Positions 27,321-37,357 are shown, counted from the first letter of the stretch. The stretch is DNA of 64,000 bases from Bdellovibrionales bacterium (GCA_031426555.1 JANPLN010000064.1:1-64000), one strand, 5' to 3'. Program-made: numbers and translations. The notes: generated by a model from the sequence alone, not told the origin.

Positions 27321-28090
27321 GGGTTCTCCTGCTGCAAAACGGTTTGCAATCTTTGGATTAAAGCATTTATTTTTTTAATTTCGTCGTCGTCTTGGGAATT
27401 TTTCAAATGAGATTCTAGCAAAGCCATAGGAGTCTCATCGAGGGCGTTTGGTTGCGATGCTTTGGTTTTTGTAAGTCCAAAGACTTCATCTTTCCAACCA
27501 ATCACTTCTTTAAGGATGAGCGGTGCTTTATTCTTTTTGTTTGAAAAATCCAATTTTTTAATTAAAAACGTAAGCACGGTTTCACCCTGCTCGTTAAACA
27601 GATTTGGATCAGCACCTGCTTCGATGGCAGCCATCACATTCGGACTCGACGAAAGCGACGCGACCGCAGTCCACATTTCGGCTTGAATTTTAGGAAATTG
27701 GTTTTCATCGAGCAAAAATTGAATTTTTTTGTCGTTATTCTCAGAAGCATAATCAAAAGCCGTCTTTTGAGAGGTATCCACCAAAGTTCGATCGGCTCCA
27801 CTTTGCAAAAGTTGATAAACAAAAAGAGCCTTCTTATTTCGCGCAGCTTCGATTAAAAAAGTGCGCTCCTCTTTCAAGCGAATATTTATATTCGTCAACA
27901 ATGGAAGAGTGCTCGCGAACACCTTGTTATCCCCGTTGACGATGGCGAGCAGCATCACTTCCTCCTGCGTGCCCGCTTTATCGCCCTGCTTCCCATTCCC
28001 CGTATTGGAAAACCCATAGCTTGAAGACTCGTGCTTTCCGCAAGCTGCAAGGGCCAGGCAAAATGCAAACATAAAAAAGACTTTGATCAA
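27317..28090 (-). CDS. Ankyrin-repeat lipoprotein
   Basis: Lipobox LALAAC; LLQSGADRTLVDTSQKTAFDYA and IEAGADPNLFNEQGETVL; overlaps both neighbours by 4 bp. Confidence 0.8.
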   Translation of the reverse strand: MIKVFFMFAFCLALAACGKHESSSYGFSNTGNGKQGDKAGTQEEVMLLAIVNGDNKVFASTLPLLTNINIRLKEERTFLIEAARNKKALFVYQLLQSGADRTLVDTSQKTAFDYASENNDKKIQFLLDENQFPKIQAEMWTAVASLSSSPNVMAAIEAGADPNLFNEQGETVLTFLIKKLDFSNKKNKAPLILKEVIGWKDEVFGLTKTKASQPNALDETPMALLESHLKNSQDDDEIKKINALIQRLQTVLQQENP

Positions 28091-31000
28091 AAGACAGCCC
28101 CCATTACTACACCAAAGATTCGTCCTCGACGAAGCGAGCGAACCATTTCGTCGCCTTGAGTGGATTCGACTTCAGGATTTAACAGGTTTCGAGCACGCAA
28201 GCTCATGGTCCAACGATCGCCAATGCGTTTGGTGGCAACGAAGTCCAATTGCTCAAAAGGCTGCTCGTAGGTGTCTGGGATACTGTTGGTACCAACTTCG
28301 GTAATGCGTTTGCCGATCACATTGTAAAGCAATGTTGTGGTCAATCCCCACTGGGGGCGATCGTACTGCAATTGCATGTTTATAACATAGGGCGACTGCC
28401 CCTGAAGTGGGCGCGAGCTCGAAGTCTGTGTGCCCTTGTTTTGGGCGCTAAGTTCAATCTCGGAATTGATGTAGGTAAGATTCGAGAGCACCGTCCATCG
28501 TCGGAGCGGTCGAGAAAAATGCCGTAGCCCAACCCGGCCCTCGAACTCCACTCCGTAATTTTGCGCGGCCTTCGCATTATCAAACGTTTGAATGCGATTC
28601 ACGCCTGGCAGAAAGAGGATTTCGATGGGGTTTTCGAACTCTTTGTAAAAGAGGCCAACGGATGCGTACTCATCGGCGGTAAAGTAATATTCCCAGCGAT
28701 GATCGATATTTTTTATCACTGTCCCTTTAAGATTGGCATTTCCTTGTACTATATTTCCCGTTTCATCGTCGATAAAACCCACTGTCGACATTTCGCGAAA
28801 GTCCGGCCGAGCTAGCGTCTCACTGTAAGTGATGCGTGCACGAATTTTTTCCGTGGGCTTCCAAACCACTCCATAGGATGGGAGAATGTCATTCATTTCG
28901 ATGGTCGAAAAAGATGTGGCATTCACTCGATCGAAATACTTAAAGGTATTGACGATCTGTTCAGAGCTTTCCCGGCGAACACCGGCAATGAACGTCCAAG
29001 AGCTTAACGGAGAAAAATCCACCATGGCAAATTGGGCTTGGGTCTTTTGTGTTCCTACGTAGCTGTCCGCATCGTTAGTTAAGTTTTTAAGCGTTACTGT
29101 ACCGTTTTTAATATTTTCGTCGCTGAGCAGTTTATCGGCAGAGCTTTTATCCGCTCCCGACGTATTGCCGCTTTCAAAATAAAAACGATTCACATCGGAC
29201 GTTCGCTTTTTATCAACACCCAAGAAGCCCATTTTAAATTTTAAAAAATCCTCACCCTCGCGTTGAATGGGGACAGTTAAATTTAAAGCGACTTCTTGGC
29301 TTTCGTCGAACAATTCGCTGTAAACACGTCGATTGCCCGACTGGTTATCGAGAAGTGTTTTAGTGTCATTGAGTTTTAGATACGCCAATTCCATGCGCCC
29401 TGGATTGTCGCGCTCGGCATCAGCCCAGCCTAAGCGCCAATCCAACTGAATTGGTGTTTCAGCAACCTTAAAAAGTTCGTGCTCGCCTTTAAAGTGACGC
29501 GTCCACAACTGGCGCTCGGTAAAATCCGCAGTCATGGATTCAACATCGGGGCTGCCGACAGTTGTTGTGTTGTCGATCTGAGTGAGCTTTGTGGTGTTTC
29601 TTAAAAGAAACGTGTTGGCGATCAGTCGATGATTTTTACCAAGCTCTAATCCGAATTCGTAACTACCTGCCACACGAGTTTCAATTTCTGAATACTCAGA
29701 GCTGCGAACAGTATCTTCAACAAGCTTGTTTCCCGGGCCGACGTTGAAAGTTTTTGTGGTGCGCTCGAGTTGATCGGTGTTTTGCCCGTACATTAAGCTG
29801 CCCGAGGAGCCCAGTTTGTAACGACCCAACTTCCAGCCGCTCCCCATGGAGAGAGCAAGGCCAGGAAGGGAAGGATTGCTATTGCGAGAAAAATCGTAGT
29901 TTTGTGGAAGACTCAGACCCATTTGCACAAGGTCTTGCTGTGAAACTCCACCATCAAAACCCACTGTATTGGGCTCTAGCTTTTTTCCCTGCGCCAAAGT
30001 ACTTTGAATCACAGCGGGAAGTTTTCGATAGCCGTCATCAAAGCCCAACCAGTCTGTGCTACCTCCCTGATGTTCCAAACGATTGTTGACGTTTTCGTAC
30101 GCCATACTCACGTTGCCGCGAAAAAAGAATTTCTCGGGAAGACTGCGTGTTTTTAGCTGGATGATGCCCCCGCCGAATTCGCCCGGTAGATCTGGCGAAT
30201 AACTTTTTTGCACTACGATGCTTTCCATGATGGACGTGGGAAATAAATCCAAAGGAACAACTCGTCGAGCCGGTTCTGGGCTCGGTAACGAAAAGCCATT
30301 CATTTGCACGCCCGAATAGCGTTCACCCAGGCCGCGAACATAGACATACTTTCCACCGATGAGTGTGAGTCCTGTCACTCGCCGCAAAGATGCCGCAGCG
30401 TCGCTGTCTCCTGCGCGAGCCATTTGTTCGGCTCCTAAAACGTCCGTCACCGCAGAGCTCTGTTTACGAATCTCCACAAGAGCTGACAGACTGCCTTTGA
30501 TTTTTGGCGCCAGCACAACCACTTCTTCCAATTCATTTTGTTCGGCCTTCATTTCTAAACTTAACGGCTCCGTGTTTGCTGCAACCTCGATATCAGCCAT
30601 GGTTTTGGTTTGATAGTTGGGATGAAAGACGCTCATCGAGTAGCGACCTTCGGGGATCTGCGCCGTTAAGCGCCCTTCGGCATCGGTTTTAAAAACTTTA
30701 TCGAGACCGGAAAATAACACCGTCGCGTCCACAATGGGGCGCTGTTCGCGGCTGGCCACCTGGATCTTAAATTCTCTGGGAGTCTTCGTAACATCCGTTG
30801 CTTGTTGGGAAGCTTGTGGAGAATTTACTTCCGCTTGCGAGTCGCGGCTTTCTAATAAATTGACTGTGATTTGTACCTCTTCGTCGGCGACGACAGTTAC
30901 ATCAACATCTTGTCCACTGGGAACAATTTCTATTTTTTGCCGTTTTGCTGGAAGTGTAGCAGAGATAACGCCCGAAGAATCTGTGGTCAAAACACCGTTT

Positions 31001-31200
31001 AGTGTTTTCACAACAATACCTTCAGCAGGAAGCCCGTCTTTAAAAACGACGATAAGAACCTGACCTGTTTTTTCGTTTTTCTTTGAATTTTCAATTTTTA
31101 ATTCTAATTCGTTACTAGCAGCAAATGCAGAAAAAGGGCCTGCGACGCAGGCCCCTAGTGTAACAACATTAACTAAGAAGAATACTTTGTTAAACAACAT
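28087..31200 (-). CDS. TonB-dependent receptor with N-terminal Ig/carboxypeptidase-regulatory-like domains
   Basis: LEEVVV TonB-box region; plug GKYVYVRGLGERYS...LPSPEPARRVVPLDLFP; ARNLLN; C-terminal F. Confidence 0.95.
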   Translation of the reverse strand: MLFNKVFFLVNVVTLGACVAGPFSAFAASNELELKIENSKKNEKTGQVLIVVFKDGLPAEGIVVKTLNGVLTTDSSGVISATLPAKRQKIEIVPSGQDVDVTVVADEEVQITVNLLESRDSQAEVNSPQASQQATDVTKTPREFKIQVASREQRPIVDATVLFSGLDKVFKTDAEGRLTAQIPEGRYSMSVFHPNYQTKTMADIEVAANTEPLSLEMKAEQNELEEVVVLAPKIKGSLSALVEIRKQSSAVTDVLGAEQMARAGDSDAAASLRRVTGLTLIGGKYVYVRGLGERYSGVQMNGFSLPSPEPARRVVPLDLFPTSIMESIVVQKSYSPDLPGEFGGGIIQLKTRSLPEKFFFRGNVSMAYENVNNRLEHQGGSTDWLGFDDGYRKLPAVIQSTLAQGKKLEPNTVGFDGGVSQQDLVQMGLSLPQNYDFSRNSNPSLPGLALSMGSGWKLGRYKLGSSGSLMYGQNTDQLERTTKTFNVGPGNKLVEDTVRSSEYSEIETRVAGSYEFGLELGKNHRLIANTFLLRNTTKLTQIDNTTTVGSPDVESMTADFTERQLWTRHFKGEHELFKVAETPIQLDWRLGWADAERDNPGRMELAYLKLNDTKTLLDNQSGNRRVYSELFDESQEVALNLTVPIQREGEDFLKFKMGFLGVDKKRTSDVNRFYFESGNTSGADKSSADKLLSDENIKNGTVTLKNLTNDADSYVGTQKTQAQFAMVDFSPLSSWTFIAGVRRESSEQIVNTFKYFDRVNATSFSTIEMNDILPSYGVVWKPTEKIRARITYSETLARPDFREMSTVGFIDDETGNIVQGNANLKGTVIKNIDHRWEYYFTADEYASVGLFYKEFENPIEILFLPGVNRIQTFDNAKAAQNYGVEFEGRVGLRHFSRPLRRWTVLSNLTYINSEIELSAQNKGTQTSSSRPLQGQSPYVINMQLQYDRPQWGLTTTLLYNVIGKRITEVGTNSIPDTYEQPFEQLDFVATKRIGDRWTMSLRARNLLNPEVESTQGDEMVRSLRRGRIFGVVMGAVF

Positions 31201-31204
31201 CTAA

Positions 31205-32545
31205 TTATTTTACAATCCAACCTTCGGTCCAATCGTTTTCAACTGGGCTAAAAGCACCTACGTAATCAACACCATCAAATTCGAAATTCCCAGGAAGAAC
31301 GTCTTCCGGAGGTGTCATCCCTGTATCGAGAGCTGCGCTGCCATCAGTAGGCATTGCTCCATCAAGAATCTTATCTGAGGCAAGCATCACAAAGTTATTG
31401 CGATTGGCTTCATTAAACCACTTCGTAATCGACCAAAGATCTTTCGCTGCATCTTCAAGAATGCTTACGTTATCGCACTGAAGAATTGAGTTTTGCATCA
31501 CAAGACCTGTCTGTTGAACAGTTTCACCGTTAGCAACTCCACCATTTTTGAAAGTCTCTTCGTCATCGATATTGAAGCAATTTTGAAAGCTGCCGGTAAC
31601 AATGGCGTTATAAATTTGAACGCCAGTTCCACGACGAAGCATAATACCATTGAGAAGTTTTGCATTGCTGCCCTTGGCAACGATAGTCACGTTGCTCAAC
31701 ACTGGGTTGGAACGCGGGGATGCTGCATTGTTATCTTTAAAGTTATCAGCTTCGATTCCGTTTGGATCTTTTTCTGAAGCATTTTCAAGAACGATATAAA
31801 TGTACTGAGCGGCGCCAGTCCAACCTTGATCCCAGTCAAAACCATCATCATCGTTATCAATAGATACAACATACTTAAGATTTACAGTTCCACCGAAAAG
31901 CTCGATTCCATCATCGGCACCTTTGTACGCTTCGATATTTTCAACAACAGTTCCACGACCAACACCGTAGAAAGTAATGGCATTTAATTCGCTGTCTGTA
32001 CCGAATGTGTACCCAGCGTACTCAACGCGCATGTACTGAATGGAACCAGAACTGTCGTCATCATTGGATCCACCATATTTTGGCGCTTGATCAGAGGCGA
32101 CGCCTTCGATGAAGCCTTCGCAAACAGCGGCGCTGCAATTATTAATACGAGCATTGCCTGTGATAACAACGCCACCCCAGTAGCCAGCTGCTGGATTCAC
32201 ACGCTCAAGAGCTGTAAAAACAACTGGTTTGTTTTGGGTACCGTTGACGAAAATTTTTGAATCGCGAGTGATTGTAATAAATGATTGCGGCGATCCGTAA
32301 ACAACTGTGCCAGCCTCAAGAGTGAGAGTGGAAGTGTCTTTTTTATCGCCACCGATGCGAACATCGCCTTTTAGAACCCATGCCGTATCAGGTGTAAGTA
32401 CTAGGTTTGTATTGAGGTAACTGCCCTCTACAAAACAAATGGACTTACCGTCAACTTGGCCGGCTCCCTCAGTAGTACCTGCTGGGCAGGCATAAACATT
32501 CGCAAGACCTAAAAGGCTCGCTGTAACAAAACTCATTAATTTCAT
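31205..32545 (-). CDS. Secreted acidic protein with probable parallel beta-helix repeats (receptor partner)
   Basis: GAGGAG SD; signal peptide; WGGVVITGNA, SSGSIQYMRVEYAG, DDGIELFGGTV, DDDGFDWDQGWTG, NGIEAD, YVGAF...WTEGW. Confidence 0.85.
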   Translation of the reverse strand: MKLMSFVTASLLGLANVYACPAGTTEGAGQVDGKSICFVEGSYLNTNLVLTPDTAWVLKGDVRIGGDKKDTSTLTLEAGTVVYGSPQSFITITRDSKIFVNGTQNKPVVFTALERVNPAAGYWGGVVITGNARINNCSAAVCEGFIEGVASDQAPKYGGSNDDDSSGSIQYMRVEYAGYTFGTDSELNAITFYGVGRGTVVENIEAYKGADDGIELFGGTVNLKYVVSIDNDDDGFDWDQGWTGAAQYIYIVLENASEKDPNGIEADNFKDNNAASPRSNPVLSNVTIVAKGSNAKLLNGIMLRRGTGVQIYNAIVTGSFQNCFNIDDEETFKNGGVANGETVQQTGLVMQNSILQCDNVSILEDAAKDLWSITKWFNEANRNNFVMLASDKILDGAMPTDGSAALDTGMTPPEDVLPGNFEFDGVDYVGAFSPVENDWTEGWIVK

Positions 32546-32637
32546 AGAAAAACTCCTCGTTTTGCCTATCAGCTTGCGCTTTCGGCGTTAAGTGGTTCCC
32601 TTTTGGGATTTGAGCGGCACTTATCTCTGGGTCTCCC

Positions 32638-32760
32638 GTAGAAGTAAAATGAAGAAGCTGTTAGGAAAAATTATTAACAAAAAACTATTTGACTCGTATA
32701 GTTAATTACATGGTATTCAAGAGCTTTGTTGGTTTTGTGTCAGTTTTGAGTCAGGGAATT
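32638..32760. promoter_or_regulatory. Pho-box-like 11-bp direct repeats in the divergent region
   Basis: Plus strand GTTG/GTCA/GTCA at 32728/32739/32750; minus strand CCTAAC/CTTCAT/TTCTAC at 32660/32649/32638. Confidence 0.45.
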
Positions 32761-32763
32761 ATT

Positions 32764-33978
32764 GTGAGAGTTTCGACAAACAAAAGATGCTTATTTTTTA
32801 TCCTTATATTGGTTTCCGCGCGCGCTCGTTCGGAGGCACTTGTTTTGCCAACGATGGATTATGGAAGTGAAGGCTTCGTTGTAAAACACGAACCAAGTCA
32901 TTTTACAATGGCAACCCGTTTTCGCATTCAAACCCGCGCGACCTATGAAGACTACGACACAGAAAGTACCACCCAGGATGTTACAGACTTGCAAGTGCGA
33001 CGCATGCGACTGCGTTTTGATGGTTCCGCTTTAGATCCACGTTTTATTTATAAGATCCAACTGTCCTTTACCCGCGGTGATATGGATTACGATAATACCG
33101 ACTACCCGAATGTTCTTCGCGATGCCGCCGTTGGCTGGAAACTTTTTGACGAAGACAGTTTTAAAAGTACCTTGTGGTTTGGACAAACAAAACTCCCCGG
33201 TAACCGCCAGCGGGTCGTTTCCTCTGGGGACCAAGAACTCGTGGATCGCTCACTCCTCAACGCCACTTTCAACATTGATCGGGATATGGGAGTTCAATGG
33301 TATAACAAACTTGGCGAAGCAAGACCCTTCTGGCTCAAATTTGCAATGAGTAACGGCGAAGGCCGCGCCAATAACAACAGCAATACAGGCTTAGCGTACA
33401 CGGCCCGCGCTGAGTGGCTGCCCCTGGGCGCCTTCACCGACGGCGGAGACTACTTCGAAGGCGATCTGGCCCGTGAACGGTCGGCCAAACTTTCATTGGG
33501 AGTCAGCTATCAATCCAATCGCAAAACCAATCGTGTTGGCGGCCAAACTGGAAAAACCTTTGTGCCTGGTGTAACCACAGACATAGAAACATTGCTGGCT
33601 GATTTTTTACTGAAATACAATGGTTGGGCTTTCAGCGCCGAATACGCCAACCGTCAAACGGATAATCCTTTGATTACGCTCTCCTCTGGACCCGATGCCG
33701 TGTTCAAAGGCTCGGGGTACAACGCTCAACTCAGTTATGTTTTCACCAAAAAGTGGTCGCCCGTCGTGCGCTACACTCACGTTCGACCCCACGACGCGAT
33801 TTTGAACTTCGAAAACGAAAAGACCCAATATACCTTAGGGCTCACCAAATACCTCAACCATCACAAAATAAAAATCATGGGCGACATTACTTTCGAAGAC
33901 GAAAAAGAACGAACGTCCACGGCCAGCGCCAACATGAACAACTGGATCGCGCGTTTGCAATTGGAATTTGGTATCTAA
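32764..33978 (+). CDS. OprO/OprP-type phosphate-selective porin
   Basis: RRMRLRFDG, LRDA, GQTKLPGNRQRVVSS, LVDRS, C-terminal RLQLEFGI; GTG 32764 gives a signal peptide (start uncertain). Confidence 0.85.
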   Translation: MRVSTNKRCLFFILILVSARARSEALVLPTMDYGSEGFVVKHEPSHFTMATRFRIQTRATYEDYDTESTTQDVTDLQVRRMRLRFDGSALDPRFIYKIQLSFTRGDMDYDNTDYPNVLRDAAVGWKLFDEDSFKSTLWFGQTKLPGNRQRVVSSGDQELVDRSLLNATFNIDRDMGVQWYNKLGEARPFWLKFAMSNGEGRANNNSNTGLAYTARAEWLPLGAFTDGGDYFEGDLARERSAKLSLGVSYQSNRKTNRVGGQTGKTFVPGVTTDIETLLADFLLKYNGWAFSAEYANRQTDNPLITLSSGPDAVFKGSGYNAQLSYVFTKKWSPVVRYTHVRPHDAILNFENEKTQYTLGLTKYLNHHKIKIMGDITFEDEKERTSTASANMNNWIARLQLEFGI

Positions 33979-34874
33979 AGCCACTCAAGAATAAATTTTT
34001 TAGCTTTGGCAAGGCTGTCCACATGGAACCATTTGATGGCTTCATCTTTTTTAAACCAGGTGAGCTGCTTTTTAATCAGCTGCATATGGGATGTGACAAT
34101 GCACGGGAGAAGTTCGTCTTTGGAAATTTGCTGATCGAGATACAGTCCCACTTCTTTATACCCGACACTACTCAATGGTGCCCAGTCCGAGTACTTCTGG
34201 CGGAGCGCCTGAACTTCCTCTACAAAGCCTTCTTCCAGCATGACTTTTGCCCGTTGCTCCACTCGAGCTCGCAAGATTTCTTTCTCGGCAAATAAACCCA
34301 CCTTGATTTTTTTAAATCCGGCAATGGGACTGGGAGTGAGATTTTGTTCGAGCTCATCTGGATTTTTTTGCGACAGCATCATCATTTCGAGCGCTCGGCG
34401 TATTCGGTAGTGATCATTCAGGTGAATCGTTCGCTGCAGCTGCGGCGATTTTTCGATAAGCCATTGATGAATGTTTACCCAGCCCTCAGTGGCAATCCGT
34501 TGATCTATTTGCTGCGTAATTTGTGCGGTCGCTTTTGCGACAGGGTACATTCCCTTTTCGAGTGCTTGTAGGTAAAAGCCGCTTCCCCCGCAAAACAACA
34601 AACGCTCGAAGTCGTTTTTCTGCAACAAGCCTTGTACGGCGTTAACATAAACTGCAGCCGTAATCTGCTGACCTTTTTCCACAAAGCTATATAAAAAATG
34701 ATCCGCCAATTTAAAATCTTGCGACGAAGGAAGTGCAGCTCCTATTTTCAGCCCTTTGCACATTTGAATACTATCCACATTCAAAATAGGAAGTTGATTG
34801 GCCACAGCACATTCTAATGCCAATCGCGATTTTCCCGAAGCTGTTGGGCCAACGATCAATACCGCTTTCTTCAC
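33975..34874 (-). CDS. miaA: tRNA dimethylallyltransferase
   Basis: GPTASGKS, DSIQ, GGSGFYLQAL, VGYKE, KKQLTWF; follows mutL. Confidence 0.95.
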   Translation of the reverse strand: MKKAVLIVGPTASGKSRLALECAVANQLPILNVDSIQMCKGLKIGAALPSSQDFKLADHFLYSFVEKGQQITAAVYVNAVQGLLQKNDFERLLFCGGSGFYLQALEKGMYPVAKATAQITQQIDQRIATEGWVNIHQWLIEKSPQLQRTIHLNDHYRIRRALEMMMLSQKNPDELEQNLTPSPIAGFKKIKVGLFAEKEILRARVEQRAKVMLEEGFVEEVQALRQKYSDWAPLSSVGYKEVGLYLDQQISKDELLPCIVTSHMQLIKKQLTWFKKDEAIKWFHVDSLAKAKKFILEWL

Positions 34875-36712
34875 ATCAAGCGCCCAAAGTCTTTTTCGAT
34901 TTTGGTAAAAGGGATTTCGATATACACGTTACGTCCATGCGGACAGTAGCTGGACAGTCGGTATTCGTCCATTTGCACAAGCAAACTCTTCATTTCTTCA
35001 AGCGACATGGCGTGCCCCGCACGAACCACAGAGTGGCACGCCATAGTGGCAAAAACATCTCCTACTTTTTTTTCAAAAGAGAAGCTTCCACCCAACGCTA
35101 TAATTTCGTCGGCAAATTGGCTCAAAGACTTTACCAAGGCGGTTTCGGCAATAAAACTGGGCGACGATAATATCAATAATGTTTCGGGACCCGCTTTTTC
35201 AAGCTCTACACCCAGCTGTGAAAACTCAGTGTGAAGCGCGAGCATTTGATCCACAGATTCAGCTGGCAATTGAATCGACAGAGGCAATAGAAAATCTTGG
35301 ATATCAAATTTTTTGTTTTTCCAATTTTCCATCAAACGCTCAAACACAACGCGTTCGTGAGCCGCATGTTGATCGATCATAAAGAATGAATTTTCGGCTT
35401 CAGCAATAACATATGTTAAGTGGGACTGGCCAATAACATGGAGCTTTGACCAAAAATTCAACTCCGGCTCTTTTTGCATGGAAGCTGCAGAAAAAGAAAT
35501 GCTCGAGGCTTCCGCTGAAAAACTTCCTGGTTCACTCGGCTGACGAATTTCAGCCGCTTTTCTGAGAGCGTCCATAGAAAATTCTTTTTGTTGATATTGA
35601 GTTTTTAAAAAATCAGGCGATGAAAAGCTCAAGGATCTTAGCTGCGTCGGCATTTCCACTTTTGCTGTCGAAGTTGTATCCACTGAGATAAAATCTCGCA
35701 TCAAGGGCTGCTGTTTCTGATTGAGTGTCGCAATCCAAGGCGCCAGTTCCAGTTCACCGCGCAGTGAGGCGTGCACAAAACGAAAGATTTGCGATGAATC
35801 AACAAACTTAACCTGGGACTTCGTCGGATGAATATTTACATCCACGGTTTCTTCGGGAACATGTAATTTTAAAACAACAAAAGGGTATTCTCCGTGCATG
35901 AGTAAACTGCGGTAAGACTCTAAAATGGCTGCTTGGATCGTTCGATCTGTCACCCAGCGGTTCTGCACAAAAATCCACAGCTGCTTGCTGTTGCCTGTCG
36001 TCGTTTGCGGGCTGGAGTAAACGGCTTCGAGTTGATAGCCTTGGTAATTTTTTTGGACAATAAATACGTCTTTGATTTCTAAAACACTTTTTGAGCGCGC
36101 TAAAAAATCTTGCGCCACTGGATAAAACAACAAAACTTTCCCATGTTGTTTTAATTTGAATTCCACATCGCAATTGGCAAGGGCCATGGCTTTAAACACA
36201 GATTTAATTTGTGTGAATTCTGCAGAGTCGGATTTTAAAAATTTAAGTCGTGCCGGAACGTTTGAAAAAAGATCTTCAATCTCCACCGTTGTTCCGGGCT
36301 CTCGCCCCGCTGGCACTGGAGGAGTGTCTTTGCCAAACTGGTTTTCAAGCACATATGCTTTATCGGAATCTTTTTTTCGCGAGGTAATTTTAACTCGGCT
36401 CACCGAGGAAATGCTCGCCAAGGCCTCTCCGCGAAAGCCAAAGGTGCGAAGCTTCCATAAATCGTCGGCCTGCGAAATTTTACTCGTCGCATGACGTGCG
36501 CAAACTAAGGGGAGATCCTCGGGGCCAATGCCCTTGCCATTATCAAAAACCTTGATGGATTTGCCACCGTTTGTAACGTCCACCTCGATCTGCGTGGCTC
36601 CGGCATCAATGCAATTTTCAATGAGTTCTTTTAAAAGATGGGCTGGACGCTCCACCACTTCCCCGGCGGCAATCTGATCCACAACATCTGACGAGAGGAC
36701 TTTGATTTCCAT
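34871..36712 (-). CDS. mutL: DNA mismatch repair endonuclease MutL
   Basis: IAAGEVVERP, GFRGEALASI, DQHAAHERV, ACH, CPHGR. Confidence 0.97.
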   Translation of the reverse strand: MEIKVLSSDVVDQIAAGEVVERPAHLLKELIENCIDAGATQIEVDVTNGGKSIKVFDNGKGIGPEDLPLVCARHATSKISQADDLWKLRTFGFRGEALASISSVSRVKITSRKKDSDKAYVLENQFGKDTPPVPAGREPGTTVEIEDLFSNVPARLKFLKSDSAEFTQIKSVFKAMALANCDVEFKLKQHGKVLLFYPVAQDFLARSKSVLEIKDVFIVQKNYQGYQLEAVYSSPQTTTGNSKQLWIFVQNRWVTDRTIQAAILESYRSLLMHGEYPFVVLKLHVPEETVDVNIHPTKSQVKFVDSSQIFRFVHASLRGELELAPWIATLNQKQQPLMRDFISVDTTSTAKVEMPTQLRSLSFSSPDFLKTQYQQKEFSMDALRKAAEIRQPSEPGSFSAEASSISFSAASMQKEPELNFWSKLHVIGQSHLTYVIAEAENSFFMIDQHAAHERVVFERLMENWKNKKFDIQDFLLPLSIQLPAESVDQMLALHTEFSQLGVELEKAGPETLLILSSPSFIAETALVKSLSQFADEIIALGGSFSFEKKVGDVFATMACHSVVRAGHAMSLEEMKSLLVQMDEYRLSSYCPHGRNVYIEIPFTKIEKDFGRLM

Positions 36713-36798
36713 GGAGAAGGTATATCTCAACCTCAGCGAAAGGGAAGCCAACAGATGCGAAGTCTCCTGGCAATGGGCCCTTAATGCTTCGCGCTACG

Positions 36799-37308
36799 TT
36801 AGAAAAACACCGAAAGACCGTATCCGACGAAGAGCCCGCCCTTCTCGTAGGCTGTCTGGTTGGGGTTCCATTCGTACTGAACCCGTGGGCCAGCGGCAAT
36901 GGTTTCGTCAAAGAAAAAATTATACCCTAAAGTGGTGCGTGTATTGATAAAGCTTTTGTCGTAGCTGTCTCGCCGATCGGTGTCCCAAGTTACCGACTGC
37001 GATAAATAAAATGCAGAGTTTGCTAAAGTGTAGAAGTAATAAGTTCCGACAACGCCAAATGAATTGTTATCTATGCCTCTAAAAAAGTCTGTCGCAGCCG
37101 TGACTCCCAGGGAAAATCGATCCACTACAAAATACTGAAGATCCGCTTCTAAACGAATGGCGCCGCCTCGATGTTCATTGTATCCAAGCGAGGTGCTCAC
37201 GCCTAAATTCCATCGCCCTTGTTGTAACGGCAGCGTAGAAGTTGCGATGTCTTCGGCTTTAACACTCGATGCATTTAACACTAGGAAACAAAAAACAATC
37301 ACTCTCAT
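36799..37308 (-). CDS. Small outer-membrane beta-barrel protein
   Basis: GGAGG SD; signal peptide; alternating beta strands; ends GLSVFF. Confidence 0.8.
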   Translation of the reverse strand: MRVIVFCFLVLNASSVKAEDIATSTLPLQQGRWNLGVSTSLGYNEHRGGAIRLEADLQYFVVDRFSLGVTAATDFFRGIDNNSFGVVGTYYFYTLANSAFYLSQSVTWDTDRRDSYDKSFINTRTTLGYNFFFDETIAAGPRVQYEWNPNQTAYEKGGLFVGYGLSVFF

Positions 37309-37357
37309 AGGCCCTCCGCCCAAGAAGAACTCTACGAGACGAGATCGCTAGAAGGCA

